DNA of 64,000 nucleotides, taken from NCBI GenBank assembly GCA_963845085.1, contig CAWJQI010000004.1, positions 512,001-576,000 on the forward strand. The letters run 5' to 3'. A program made the position numbers and the translations under genes. The notes below the pieces were generated by a model, which was not told the origin of the DNA, did no database searches, and saw nothing but the letters and a program-made list of their open reading frames with translations. How positions within the stretch are numbered: position 1 is the stretch's first letter; each line of letters begins with the position of its first letter. This document shows, one piece after another, positions 37,065-47,056 of the stretch. Origin of the DNA: Candidatus Fermentibacterota bacterium. Lineage in GTDB: Bacteria; Fermentibacterota; Fermentibacteria; Fermentibacterales; JCC-6.

Positions 37065-38386
37065 GAGCCGGCAAGGCACTCCCAGCCTGAAGCCGGGCAG
37101 GCCGTCGGCCTCATCGCCGAACCAATCACGGAATGGATCTTCCCGCCGATCTGACCGGCCGACATGTACGCCGGGAGAGGCCAGCGAAACCCCGACGATG
37201 CCTGATGCAACACCGGAATCAGCCCCGGATCAAACCCGAGAAGCGCGCTGTGAAGCCGGTCGGCATCAACAGAGCTGTCGGAATAGGTAACGCAGCCAAG
37301 GGCAAAGGGCCACGGCTGCAGGGGGCCGTCCTTCTCTCCGCAGATCAGCGCATCGGTGAGGCTGACGATCCTTCTCTGCGGGGAGCCGTTCATCGTTCCA
37401 TCAGCCCTTCCGTAAAGGGCGATCCTGTTCACGTCGAGAACAGTGCGCCAGACCGTGTCGTTTCCGGACCACCCGCCTTCGATCTCGACATCACCGAACA
37501 GCACCTTCCTGATGTTCAGAAGAACGTCGGCTGCGAAAAGCCAGCGCGGGAAGGAGGCCCGGCCGATCCTCCGGTTCGCCCCGTCTATCATCGTCTCCGC
37601 CAGCCGCTTGAGAACACTCCTGCCGGGGTAGCAGTCGCCCCCCGCTTTAAAGCCGCCGACCCTGTGGTGCGGAAGGAATTCCTTGTTGCCGTTGATACCG
37701 ACAAGGTTCTTGAGCGCGCCCGTCATGCCGGCCTTGCGGTGAGTCTTCAACTTGGGCAGGTTGACTATGACATCGGCCTCCAGGGCTTCGCGGGCGATCA
37801 GGTACTGGTGTGTTCCGGGCGAATGCCTTCTTGCAAGAAGGTCGGGATCGTACATGGTCACCCTGAACCTTCCCGAAGGTCTTGAAACCGGCTCAAGCAT
37901 GCTGTCCGCCCCCAGGTCGAAGAGCACGAACATCTCATCCGGTCTGGCGTCGGGGCTCGTTCCTGCACGCAGGGATTCGCCGTGCATTATCGTCCGGCGG
38001 AAATCAGCAAGATGCAGAACGCCGTCCGGCATGATCCCTGCCATGGCCGCGGCAAATGATGGCGGAACAACGTCGGTCCAGTGGCAGCCCTGAATGGGTG
38101 CATCCCCGACGATGATCCTGGAAGGTCTGCACTTCACGATCTCGCGAAGGGCTGCAAGAACGAACTCCCGCTGCGTGTAAAGGCATTCCGTCCCGCCCCT
38201 GTCATTTCTGTGGTAAACCCAGTTCGGCTTCACCAGAACACTGTCTCCCGGCATTATCGGCAGGCGGGCGTCAGCCGTTCCGCATGCATCCTCAAGGGCC
38301 TCCCGTATCAGGGCATCGAGGTGACCCGGGGTGTACCACTCCGATTCCGGAACACCGTGCCTGAAAGCGTACGAAAGACCAATCAC
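36998..38386 (-). CDS. DUF362-domain protein (copy 1)
   Basis: VLVKPNWV, IVGDAP, VNLPKLKTHRKAGMTGALKNLVG, GNDTVWRT, GEKDGPL; GTG 38386 with GGAGG. Confidence 0.85.
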   Translation of the reverse strand: MIGLSYAFRHGVPESEWYTPGHLDALIREALEDACGTADARLPIMPGDSVLVKPNWVYHRNDRGGTECLYTQREFVLAALREIVKCRPSRIIVGDAPIQGCHWTDVVPPSFAAAMAGIMPDGVLHLADFRRTIMHGESLRAGTSPDARPDEMFVLFDLGADSMLEPVSRPSGRFRVTMYDPDLLARRHSPGTHQYLIAREALEADVIVNLPKLKTHRKAGMTGALKNLVGINGNKEFLPHHRVGGFKAGGDCYPGRSVLKRLAETMIDGANRRIGRASFPRWLFAADVLLNIRKVLFGDVEIEGGWSGNDTVWRTVLDVNRIALYGRADGTMNGSPQRRIVSLTDALICGEKDGPLQPWPFALGCVTYSDSSVDADRLHSALLGFDPGLIPVLHQASSGFRWPLPAYMSAGQIGGKIHSVIGSAMRPTACPASGWECLAGSYVEPDDDRKASSRESTTAATR

Positions 38387-38492
38387 GCATGCCTCCCTGC
38401 GGCTTTTCTTTTGCCTGGACTGTGCCCGGCTTGTATAATCCTGAGCGAGGGTTGCGACAAGGACTCGAGTGCCCCACTCTGGAGACGATCGC

Positions 38493-39539
38493 TTGAACGA
38501 ACCAGTCCTGAAGGTTGCCGTGGGCCGCGATCGCGGGAAATGGCACGAAAAGTTCATGGATTCATTGGAGAAGAAGGCGGTGGAGATGCCCTGCCTTCGC
38601 ATTTCCCTTGTGAACATGGACCGCAGCGACTGGCTCTCGCAGATCGGCGACGCAACGCTCGTGCTGTGGAAACCACCCTACATGGGGCACGAGTTTGCCG
38701 GCTACGTGAAGGAAAAGGTCTTCCTGCTCGAGCGGTACCACGGAAAGGTAGTCCTGCCGAACTTTTCGACAGTGTGGCACTTCGAAAGCAAGATCGCCCA
38801 GAGTTATCTCTTCGACCTCTTGAACGTCAGCACACCGCGAACCGTTGTCAGTTTCGACTATGACGAGGCTTTGGAACTCGCCCGGCGGGAGTGCTTTCCG
38901 GTCGTGCAGAAGAAACCGGCAGGCGCCGGCAGCACCAATGTAAGGGCCCTGTACAGCCTCGGTGCCCTCAGGCGCCATCTCGAACACACTTTCAGCCTTT
39001 CCCTGTGGGACCGGAGCCAGAACGAGCCGGGCCGGGCGAAAAGGGTCGCGAAGGGAATCGCTCATCGCTGGTTCTGGGATTTTGCACGGCGAAGGCTCCT
39101 TCATTCCGATCTCTTCGGGGTCGCGTACTGGCAGGAATTCATTCCAGGCAACAACTCCGACCTTCGCATCACTGCAATAGGAGACAGGTTCGCAACGGGT
39201 TTCTGGAGACGCAACAGACCGGGAGACTTCCGGGCCAGCGGCAGCGGGAACATCGATTTCGAAACGCCCCTTCCCGAAGAGGCACTGAGATGCTGCCTCG
39301 ACATCAACAGAAGGCTTGATTTCGACTCGATGGCGTACGACATCCTTTTCCGCGACGGCAAAATGGTCATCTCGGAGATGTCTTACGGTTATTCCGACGC
39401 TGCAGTTCACAGGGTGAAAGGCTATTCCGTTCTTGAACCGGATGGAAGCCTTTCATTCGTACAGGGAAACACCTGGCCGCAGGAGCTGTGGGTCGAGTGG
39501 GCCCTGATCCGGGCGGGAAGGCGATGCAACCCCAGGTGA
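38493..39539 (+). CDS. ATP-grasp ligase (RimK-like)
   Basis: FESK, P.T, FPVVQK, GAGS.NV, YWQEFIP, DLRI, DFRASGSG, SMAYD, ISEMS. Confidence 0.82.
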   Translation: MNEPVLKVAVGRDRGKWHEKFMDSLEKKAVEMPCLRISLVNMDRSDWLSQIGDATLVLWKPPYMGHEFAGYVKEKVFLLERYHGKVVLPNFSTVWHFESKIAQSYLFDLLNVSTPRTVVSFDYDEALELARRECFPVVQKKPAGAGSTNVRALYSLGALRRHLEHTFSLSLWDRSQNEPGRAKRVAKGIAHRWFWDFARRRLLHSDLFGVAYWQEFIPGNNSDLRITAIGDRFATGFWRRNRPGDFRASGSGNIDFETPLPEEALRCCLDINRRLDFDSMAYDILFRDGKMVISEMSYGYSDAAVHRVKGYSVLEPDGSLSFVQGNTWPQELWVEWALIRAGRRCNPR

Positions 39540-39579
39540 GGAATCCCGTGCACTATCCCTTCGATTCCGGTGATGTGCG

Positions 39580-40755
39580 GTGACGGCAGCCCGGCCCTGC
39601 AGGGTTGTAGTCGTTGCCGGGGCTTCACCTCATGACCCGGCGGCGGTCGGCGGGGTCAGCGGCTTTCTGAGAGCCCTGGAGAGGGTCGCTCCTCCCGAAT
39701 GGGTCCTTCTTGCACCTTCCGCCGACGGAACCGACAGCCCGGAAACGCTTGGCCCCTCTCTCTACGGCAGCCGCCTCCCTCACAGGCTGCTTTTCCCGCT
39801 GCGGCTGCTGCGCCGTCTTGGCAGGCTTGTGCACCTTGAACCGGATGTGGTTTATACCCACAGCAACGAGGCCGCGATGCTCCTGTGCATTCTTCGACGG
39901 CTCGGGCTGTTCAGGGCAGCCCTGGTCCATCACCAGCACGGTTCGGAGAACCCGCTCAGGTTTGCCACCTTTCGCCTCGGGAGGCTGCTGTTCCTTCCGG
40001 GGCTGTACGATGCAGTGCTCAGGCGGACTCACCGCGCGGTCGACCACATCATCGTAATCGACAAAATGTGCCTTGAGATGAACACGAAATGGGGTGTGCC
40101 CGGCAGCAGGATGACACTGTTGTCGAATGCGGTCGACACCGAGGTCTACCGCCCCTCGGCACAGCTGCGTGAAACCTTCCGCGAGGCGGAGCGCATCCCG
40201 AAGGATGCCTTTCTCTTCGCGTTTGCGGGAAGGCTCGAGGAGGTGAAGCGGATCCACCTGATCCTCGGGGCCCTGCGTCTATTGGAAGGAGGGGCGTGGC
40301 TGGTGGTCGCGGGCGATGGCTCGCTTCGATCCGGACTTGTGCGCCTTGCCGGATCGGAAGGCGTGGCGGATCGGACCATCTTCACCGGACCGCTCGACTC
40401 GGCAGCCATGCCAGCGCTCTACGCTGCTGCAGACTGCCTCGTGCTCCCATCAGCCGCCGAGGGGGTTCCCCTTGTAATACTCGAGGCGATGGCTGCGGGT
40501 ATCCCGGTCGTGGCAACAGCGGTGGGGGGCGTCACAGAGCTTCTCGATCCCGGGAGCGGGATCATCCTGAGTCCGGACATAACGGCACGGGAACTGGCGG
40601 ATGCCATGGAGGCCGCACGCAGGGCAACCTGGGACCCTGCTGCGATCAGGTCGGGGGCCGGCTCCCATTCAGGCCTGGCGGCCGTTTCGATCCTGTCCCG
40701 GGTATTTGCTTCGGTCGCGGCCCGGGGACGGCAGCGGAAGCGGAAGCCGCTCTGA
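39580..40755 (+). CDS. GT4 glycosyltransferase
   Basis: GGV, NAVDT, GRLEEVK, EGVPLVILEAMAAG.PVVAT.VGG; exact start uncertain. Confidence 0.88.
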   Translation: MTAARPCRVVVVAGASPHDPAAVGGVSGFLRALERVAPPEWVLLAPSADGTDSPETLGPSLYGSRLPHRLLFPLRLLRRLGRLVHLEPDVVYTHSNEAAMLLCILRRLGLFRAALVHHQHGSENPLRFATFRLGRLLFLPGLYDAVLRRTHRAVDHIIVIDKMCLEMNTKWGVPGSRMTLLSNAVDTEVYRPSAQLRETFREAERIPKDAFLFAFAGRLEEVKRIHLILGALRLLEGGAWLVVAGDGSLRSGLVRLAGSEGVADRTIFTGPLDSAAMPALYAAADCLVLPSAAEGVPLVILEAMAAGIPVVATAVGGVTELLDPGSGIILSPDITARELADAMEAARRATWDPAAIRSGAGSHSGLAAVSILSRVFASVAARGRQRKRKPL

Positions 40756-40756
40756 G

Positions 40757-41896
40757 TCAACCCCTGATACCGGCCCAGCGAAGAATCCCTCCAAGGCCTT
40801 CCGAGTACTCCGTGAATGAGTACTTCCTGGAAGCCTCGATGCCCCCGAGCGCAAGTGTCACCCTGAGGGAGGGGTCATCGAGAAGCCTTTTGATCGAGTC
40901 GGCGAGCAGGCCGGGGTTGCACGGTTCAGTGAGAAGGCCGGCAGTTCCGTTCAGCAGCACCTCCGGTATGGCTCCGATGTTTGTGGCCACCACCGGAACC
41001 CCCTTGCTCATCGCTTCCGCCAGTACAAGCCCGAACGCCTCTTCCCTCCTTGTGGGAAAAACGAGGATCGGCAAGCCCTCGGAAAGACGTGCCTCTATCT
41101 CGCGGTGCCCCATCTCGCCCACGACATGCACCCTGTCCTCCAGCCGGTTCCTCGCCGCCCAGTCCCTGATCTCTCCGAAGATTCCGATGTCGGTTTCGGG
41201 TCCGATGATCTCGAGATCGGGCAGATCCCTGCCCTGACTCGACAGGATTCCATAGGCTTCGGTAAGGTCCCATATCCCTTTGCGGGCCCTCACTGTCGAC
41301 AGGAAGAGGATCGCCGAGGGGCTGCCCGCAGCTCTGGCTGCCGCAGCATCAGGATCGGCGAACGCCCAGCCGGGAGGAAGGCAGTTCAAGAGAACCCTTG
41401 TTTTTTCCGGCGGAACCCCCACCGACACAAGGTCGTCGGCCACCACTTCGCTTGGGCCGATGCACCAGTCGAAGGATTGCCAGAACTTCTGAGTGTGCAT
41501 TGACTGGAACCGGCTGGGCCCCTCCTTCAGCTGCCTGTAGCGGACCATGTGGGAGTAGCCGATCCAGACCCTGGACAGATTTTTAACGAATGGAAAGAAA
41601 TAATAATCAAATGTCAAAGCGGGAGGCAGGGAGGCGGGAAGATAGAAGGCGGCGTCAAACCGGCGCAGCAGTGCCAGGCGGATCACCCGAAGCACCATGA
41701 AGGCAGCCCTGAACAGCTTGTAGGGTTTGACCTTGCCGATCTCGGTGTTCCTCCGTGAGAACGCCCTGTCAAGAACGGTGACTTCGCAGCCGTTAAGGGC
41801 CAGTGCCCTGACAAGATACCTTGTCATGACCAGGGAACCGTGCATGGCTCCGGAATTGTTTCCAACGACCAGGACTCGAAGCGGTTTTTCGCTCAT
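40757..41896 (-). CDS. GT4 glycosyltransferase
   Basis: RKG, EAFGLVLAEAMSKGVPVVATNIGAIPE. Confidence 0.88.
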   Translation of the reverse strand: MSEKPLRVLVVGNNSGAMHGSLVMTRYLVRALALNGCEVTVLDRAFSRRNTEIGKVKPYKLFRAAFMVLRVIRLALLRRFDAAFYLPASLPPALTFDYYFFPFVKNLSRVWIGYSHMVRYRQLKEGPSRFQSMHTQKFWQSFDWCIGPSEVVADDLVSVGVPPEKTRVLLNCLPPGWAFADPDAAAARAAGSPSAILFLSTVRARKGIWDLTEAYGILSSQGRDLPDLEIIGPETDIGIFGEIRDWAARNRLEDRVHVVGEMGHREIEARLSEGLPILVFPTRREEAFGLVLAEAMSKGVPVVATNIGAIPEVLLNGTAGLLTEPCNPGLLADSIKRLLDDPSLRVTLALGGIEASRKYSFTEYSEGLGGILRWAGIRG

Positions 41897-43020
41897 CGGC
41901 TTGCTCGGCCCTTCAGTGCAAGCGCCTCACGGTAGACATCGACCGTTGCGCCCACCATCTTCTCAACTGTAAACCCGGCAAGGATCCGCTCCCTGCCGGA
42001 ACCGCCCATTCTCTCGCACATGCCGGGATCATTCGCCAGAAGGAGAAGCCGGTCTGCGATGAGCCCCGGATCGGCCTTGGGGAGGATGAAACCATCAACG
42101 GAATCCCTCACCAGTTCGGGATTTCCCCCGCCGGCCGTGCAGAGCACCGGAAGCCCGGAAGCCATGCACTCCATCAAAAAGTTCGACATTCCCTCACCCA
42201 GCGGGGAGAGTAGGATGCCGGCATGAGATTCATACAGCCATGGAATAATACTACCGGTTCTGCCGGGGAAAAATACGGAGTCCCCGCACCCGCTCTCCTG
42301 CGCCAGTTTCCGAAGCTTCGGCCGATCCCGGCCATCGCCGAGAAGGTTGAAGACGAACCTGCCGGGCACCCTGACTCGAAGGATGGCGGCAGCCCGCACC
42401 AGTGATGCGAAATCCTTGTGGGAGGCCATCGAACCGGCCATGATCACTGTGAACGGCTTTTCAACTCCAGACGGGCGCGACAGGCCGGAAAGCCTTGCCG
42501 GATCGAAACCGTTCGCCACCAGTCTTGCCCTTCTGCACGGAATTCCCCATGCCCGGAGCCCGGCAGCGCTGTTCCCTACGGAAAGACATCCCAGCCTCGA
42601 TGCTAGAAAGAGCCTCAACCTCTTCCTGGAGGGCAGCGTACCCATCCTCACAAGACCCGTGACATGGGCAGAAGAGCCCTGCCGCCTCGATGCGGCCTCC
42701 ATGAGGAAAGAGCTTATCCAGCCCCAGGAATGAACTATGTCGGGTTTGAAACCGGATGAAAGGGAGATCGCCGTACCCATTGCCTGGCAACGATTTCTTC
42801 CTTCGGCCCTTCCGATCAGGCGTGGGATGCCCATGGCCTCAAGTTCAGCCGCCATCACCCCTCCGTGAAAAGCCCATACAGACACATCCGCGATCTCTTT
42901 CAGCCCCCGGCAAAGAAGGCAGAACTGCCTCTCCGCCCCCCCCGGTCCGAGGCCGTCGATTGCGAGGAGAACCCTCAGCCGCCTCCCGCCGTCGTCTGAA
43001 TTGCCTTCCGGAAGCTTCAT
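41893..43020 (-). CDS. GT4 glycosyltransferase
   Basis: GGAERQ, NGFD, HKD, EGMSNFLMECMASGLPV, GGNPELV. Confidence 0.88.
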   Translation of the reverse strand: MKLPEGNSDDGGRRLRVLLAIDGLGPGGAERQFCLLCRGLKEIADVSVWAFHGGVMAAELEAMGIPRLIGRAEGRNRCQAMGTAISLSSGFKPDIVHSWGWISSFLMEAASRRQGSSAHVTGLVRMGTLPSRKRLRLFLASRLGCLSVGNSAAGLRAWGIPCRRARLVANGFDPARLSGLSRPSGVEKPFTVIMAGSMASHKDFASLVRAAAILRVRVPGRFVFNLLGDGRDRPKLRKLAQESGCGDSVFFPGRTGSIIPWLYESHAGILLSPLGEGMSNFLMECMASGLPVLCTAGGGNPELVRDSVDGFILPKADPGLIADRLLLLANDPGMCERMGGSGRERILAGFTVEKMVGATVDVYREALALKGRASR

Positions 43021-44489
43021 TTCCCCACCTCGGAGCCGGCCCACGCGAAATGCCTTCTGAAGGCTTCCAGGGTCGGTATCGAGGAGAGCCCCATGTACGC
43101 AAGTCCGTCCGGGTCAACGACTGCGGATACTTCCTCCACCGGGCACGGTGCAAAGCCCCACGTGCTTCGGAACCCGTTGCCAACGATCCTGAGCCCGAGC
43201 GGGCTGATCCCGACGACCGCTGCGGACACCGCATCCACAAGCAGGGGGGAGGCGCCCGCTATTATCAGCCGTGACGGCCTCGGATCGGCATCGAGCGGTC
43301 CGTTACCCTCGCCGCCGACGATCCCGTCGACCACGTTGAAGAACCTCCGGACCGGGCGGTCATGAACGACGCCATCGCTGTCGCAGTATGTGAGGATGGC
43401 GGCGAGGTCAAGAACCGTTCTCCAGATCGTGTCGTTGCCGGGCCAGTTCCCGCTTCGAACCACGTTTTTCGTTGAGCCGAACAGCTTGTATCCCAACGGT
43501 TTGACGATACCGATCAAAGCGCTGGTCATTCGACCCCCGCGGACTAGCATCTTCTTTGCGCCCGAAACGGTCAGGTTTTCAAGATGCCCTGCACGCCTGC
43601 CGTCAGGGTACTGGTCCCCCCCCTTCGACGGGGGACCGAACCTGTAGTGCGGCAGAAGGTTCTTGTTGCCGGTCAAACCAACCATGCCCTTCAGGCAGCC
43701 GGTCAGTCCGCACTTCTTGTGGGTTTTAAGCTTGGGTATGTTGATGATCACGTCGGCCGCGAGCGCAGTACCGCATACCTCATAGACGTGCCTGCCCCCC
43801 GAGTGGTTCAGGTTCGTTTCCGCTGTGTCATACCCCGCCCCGTAGAACTGGGGCGATTCCGGTGTGCCGTGAAAATGGCTCCGTTCGGCAAGGTCGATCC
43901 TGCGAACGCCCATCGGATCGCCGGCGAGTGCCACTTTGCCGCTGCACACGCCTTTTGTGACCATCCAGCGCTCGCTGCGAAGGTCACTAAGCGAGAGGGG
44001 TATGCCGGATCTGCGGGCGATCTCATCGGTCATCTCTTTGAGACCGGTGCGCCGGGCGATGAGGTCGAAGTCGGAATCAGTCTGGGGGGAATCGGCAATG
44101 ACTATCCGCCCCGCCCCGGAAAGCGCGATGCATACATAGTCAAGCACAGCCCTTACGACAGCCGCCGAGGTTACGATCTGCTCCCACTGGTCCGGTCTTC
44201 CCTCGCGGTTCTCGCAAACCAGATTGGGTTTCACAAGAACCGTGTCGAAAGGCCTCACGATCCCGCCAAGCGGATTCCATGAAGCCGTACCCGCGTTGCC
44301 GCCGTCCAGACCGAGTGCGGCGAAAGACCTTCTCACAGCATCATAGGCATGGTTGATCCGGCGACCGGCTGGTTCGTTCCACGGGTACTCCGGCGGGGCG
44401 ATCCCCGGATCGAATGGAGATTCAAGCGGATAGACAGCCTCACCGGTTCTCACGATGGCCGTCGTCCGATAGTCGAGCATGCCTGTCAT
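43017..44489 (-). CDS. DUF362-domain protein (copy 2)
   Basis: PFDP...PEYP, VLVKPNLV, IADSPQ, INIPKLKTHKKCGLTGCLKGMVG, GNDTIWRT, GEGNGPL. Confidence 0.87.
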   Translation of the reverse strand: MTGMLDYRTTAIVRTGEAVYPLESPFDPGIAPPEYPWNEPAGRRINHAYDAVRRSFAALGLDGGNAGTASWNPLGGIVRPFDTVLVKPNLVCENREGRPDQWEQIVTSAAVVRAVLDYVCIALSGAGRIVIADSPQTDSDFDLIARRTGLKEMTDEIARRSGIPLSLSDLRSERWMVTKGVCSGKVALAGDPMGVRRIDLAERSHFHGTPESPQFYGAGYDTAETNLNHSGGRHVYEVCGTALAADVIINIPKLKTHKKCGLTGCLKGMVGLTGNKNLLPHYRFGPPSKGGDQYPDGRRAGHLENLTVSGAKKMLVRGGRMTSALIGIVKPLGYKLFGSTKNVVRSGNWPGNDTIWRTVLDLAAILTYCDSDGVVHDRPVRRFFNVVDGIVGGEGNGPLDADPRPSRLIIAGASPLLVDAVSAAVVGISPLGLRIVGNGFRSTWGFAPCPVEEVSAVVDPDGLAYMGLSSIPTLEAFRRHFAWAGSEVGK

Positions 44490-44592
44490 CCTGTTCCGTA
44501 ACGGCCACTGGCGCCCATTGAGTGCGTGAACGATGACATTACTATATTCAGGCGTTCACACAAAGGTGATATCAATCGGAACAGGGGTTGCT

Positions 44593-46014
44593 GTGTACTC
44601 CGGCTTGAAATACAGTGTGTACAGCTCTCTACCGGTCTGGCTGCAGAACCTTGCGGTGTCATCAATTGCGTCGATCAGGCTTTTCCATGAAACACGAGCC
44701 CCCTTTCGAAGGCTGGTCGCCAGCCTCAACGACATGCAGCAATGGCCTGCGCACCAGGTCAGAAGCTTTCAGGAACAGCGTCTTGCAGAGGTTCTTATCG
44801 CAGCGGGATGCGCGCCCTACTACGCGGGGATGATCCCGGACGCGGCCACTGTCAGGGTCGACCCCATAGGTGTCTTGAAAACCCTCCCAGTTCTGGACAA
44901 GAAAACGGTCGCAGGGAACACCGAGGCGTTCATCAGCAGCAAGGCGGACAGGTCAAGGCTTGTGAGGTACGGTACCAGCGGCACCACCGGCTTCCCGCTT
45001 CATGTTTTCTGGAACAGGTCCGCAATCGACTGGGAGCGCGCCCTGATCTGGAGGCACAGGCTTGGCGCGGGGTGCCGGATGGGGCGGGACTGGGTGGGCA
45101 TGCTCGGCGGTCACCGGATCGTCCCGACGGGGCAGAATTCCCCTCCGTTCTGGAGGGAGTGCCCTCCGGCAAAGCTTTCCTACCTCTCCACCTACCACAT
45201 TTCCCCGGACAACGTCAGCCACTACGTCAGGTATTTTGAACAGCGCGGGATCGTGTTTTTGTCCGGCTACCCGTCCGCACTGTATGCACTTGCCCTTTCG
45301 ATGCGAAGGGACGGCCTCTGTTGTCCCATGAAGGGTGTTTTCTACGGCGCCGAGCCCCTTCACGACTTCCAGCGCAGGGCTGTCGAGGAAGCTTTCAGCT
45401 GCCATCTCTGGGACTTCTACGGGCTGACGGAGAGGGTCGTTTCCGCAAGCGAGTTCGAGTGCAGGAACGGGCTTCACATAAACTGGGAGAACTCGTTCTT
45501 CGAGCTCCTTGATTCTTCTGGAAACGATGTTCCTGCGGGGCAGCCCGGGGAGCTGGTCGGAACCTCGCTGAGCAATACCGCCTTCACTCTGCTCAGGTAC
45601 CGCACCGGGGACATGACCAGGCTGCTCTCCGGTGATTGCCCGTGCGGAAGGGCTTCCCCGCGCATTGCCGCAGTCGACACAAAGGTCGAGGACCTGCTGG
45701 TGATGCCTGGGGGCAAGCTGCTTTCAGCATCGAACCTCACCATTCCGTTCAAAAGTGTTTCATGCATCCGTCATGCTCAGATCTACCAGCGGGAGCCACG
45801 CGAGCTGATAGTCAGGATAGTTCCCGACGACGGATTCAGCAGTGCACTGGCCGACAGGCTGGTCAGGGGCCTTCAGGACGCCCTGCCCCCGGATGTGTCG
45901 GTAAGGATCGACATTGTCGAATCGATCCCGTTGAACAAGTCGGGAAAGTACTCCTTCGCCGTTTCAGATGTGAAGGGCGACCAGAGAAGCATCACCAGGC
46001 AGGAACAGGTCTGA
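44593..46014 (+). CDS. Phenylacetate-CoA ligase family adenylating enzyme (CapK/F390-synthetase-like)
   Basis: TSGTTG, GYPS, YGLTE, LLRYRTGD, CPCGR, KSGK. Confidence 0.88.
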   Translation: MYSGLKYSVYSSLPVWLQNLAVSSIASIRLFHETRAPFRRLVASLNDMQQWPAHQVRSFQEQRLAEVLIAAGCAPYYAGMIPDAATVRVDPIGVLKTLPVLDKKTVAGNTEAFISSKADRSRLVRYGTSGTTGFPLHVFWNRSAIDWERALIWRHRLGAGCRMGRDWVGMLGGHRIVPTGQNSPPFWRECPPAKLSYLSTYHISPDNVSHYVRYFEQRGIVFLSGYPSALYALALSMRRDGLCCPMKGVFYGAEPLHDFQRRAVEEAFSCHLWDFYGLTERVVSASEFECRNGLHINWENSFFELLDSSGNDVPAGQPGELVGTSLSNTAFTLLRYRTGDMTRLLSGDCPCGRASPRIAAVDTKVEDLLVMPGGKLLSASNLTIPFKSVSCIRHAQIYQREPRELIVRIVPDDGFSSALADRLVRGLQDALPPDVSVRIDIVESIPLNKSGKYSFAVSDVKGDQRSITRQEQV

Positions 46015-46030
46015 TCCCGTCCGGCGGGAA

Positions 46031-47056
46031 TCAGCAGACCCCTTCTGTCAGCAGGCTGCAGATCCTTCCGACCATGCCGGGAGGCGGAGGGATCGGGCAT
46101 CTCCTGCCGCTTCCGGGTGAAGGCAGCGAAGGCAGATCGTGAATGTTTGAGAGCGTTTTGAGGGCTCCCATTTCTACAAGACGCTCGTCAACTTTCCCGG
46201 GTCTTCCCCTGAAAAAGCTGCAGGATGGAACACCCAGTATGGCCGCCTCCCTCGTCATTGTTCCCCCTCCGCCAACAACCATGCTCATGGCGAGGATCAA
46301 CTGCGGCCCGGGATAGACACGCCTGGGAACAATGACCCTGGCCGCGTGCCTGCCTTCAACAAGAGCGTTCAGTTCGGGCGTTCTCGGAACCCACACGAGC
46401 TCCACATCCTTATTCTCCAGAAGCATAGCAAGGAGGGCTTTCAGGATCTCCTCCGACTCGGGGTTGTGGTAATGGGCAGTTGTGGCGGGAGGCCGCAGAA
46501 GGACCCGTATCTTCCCGTCGGTCAGCCCCAGTTCGGCTGCGATCGCGGGATCGGGTTCAATGTCGCTCAGATAGAGGTTCTCCTTGAACCCCGGATAGAA
46601 CGCGACTTTGCCCGAATCGATACCGGCCTCGGCGCACCTTTCCACGGTTATTGCCTCCGGAAGGAGTATCCTGGTGCAGAACCCGTTGAAGATGGCGGGA
46701 TTGACCCACTCGTAATCGTACATCGTGATGCTCGGGATGCCGAGCAGCCGCGATGCGATTGGCAGCGACCTCGACCCGTGGCCGAACGAAATGTCGGCAC
46801 GCCACTTCCTCATCCTCTTCGCAAGCTGCAAAGCCCTTCCAACGGTACCCATGGCCTTGGCAAGCGATGATCTTCCGTACGCTCCGCCGACCCTTGTGCA
46901 GCTCAGGCCGTACATGTCAAGCAGCTGGCAGGTATCGGCCCTGTCCCTCGCCGTGAAGGCGACGATGTGGCCCCGCCGGGTCAGCTCTTCCGCAAGTGGT
47001 TTCATCACAAGAACATGCGGTGCATTGTCCGCATCAAACCAGATCTTCACGGCCAC
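46031..47056 (-). CDS. DUF354 family protein (GT-B-like)
   Basis: IWFDADNAPHV, TARD, DYE, YPGFKE..YL, GGGGTMTREAA.LG.P. Confidence 0.85.
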   Translation of the reverse strand: MAVKIWFDADNAPHVLVMKPLAEELTRRGHIVAFTARDRADTCQLLDMYGLSCTRVGGAYGRSSLAKAMGTVGRALQLAKRMRKWRADISFGHGSRSLPIASRLLGIPSITMYDYEWVNPAIFNGFCTRILLPEAITVERCAEAGIDSGKVAFYPGFKENLYLSDIEPDPAIAAELGLTDGKIRVLLRPPATTAHYHNPESEEILKALLAMLLENKDVELVWVPRTPELNALVEGRHAARVIVPRRVYPGPQLILAMSMVVGGGGTMTREAAILGVPSCSFFRGRPGKVDERLVEMGALKTLSNIHDLPSLPSPGSGRRCPIPPPPGMVGRICSLLTEGVC

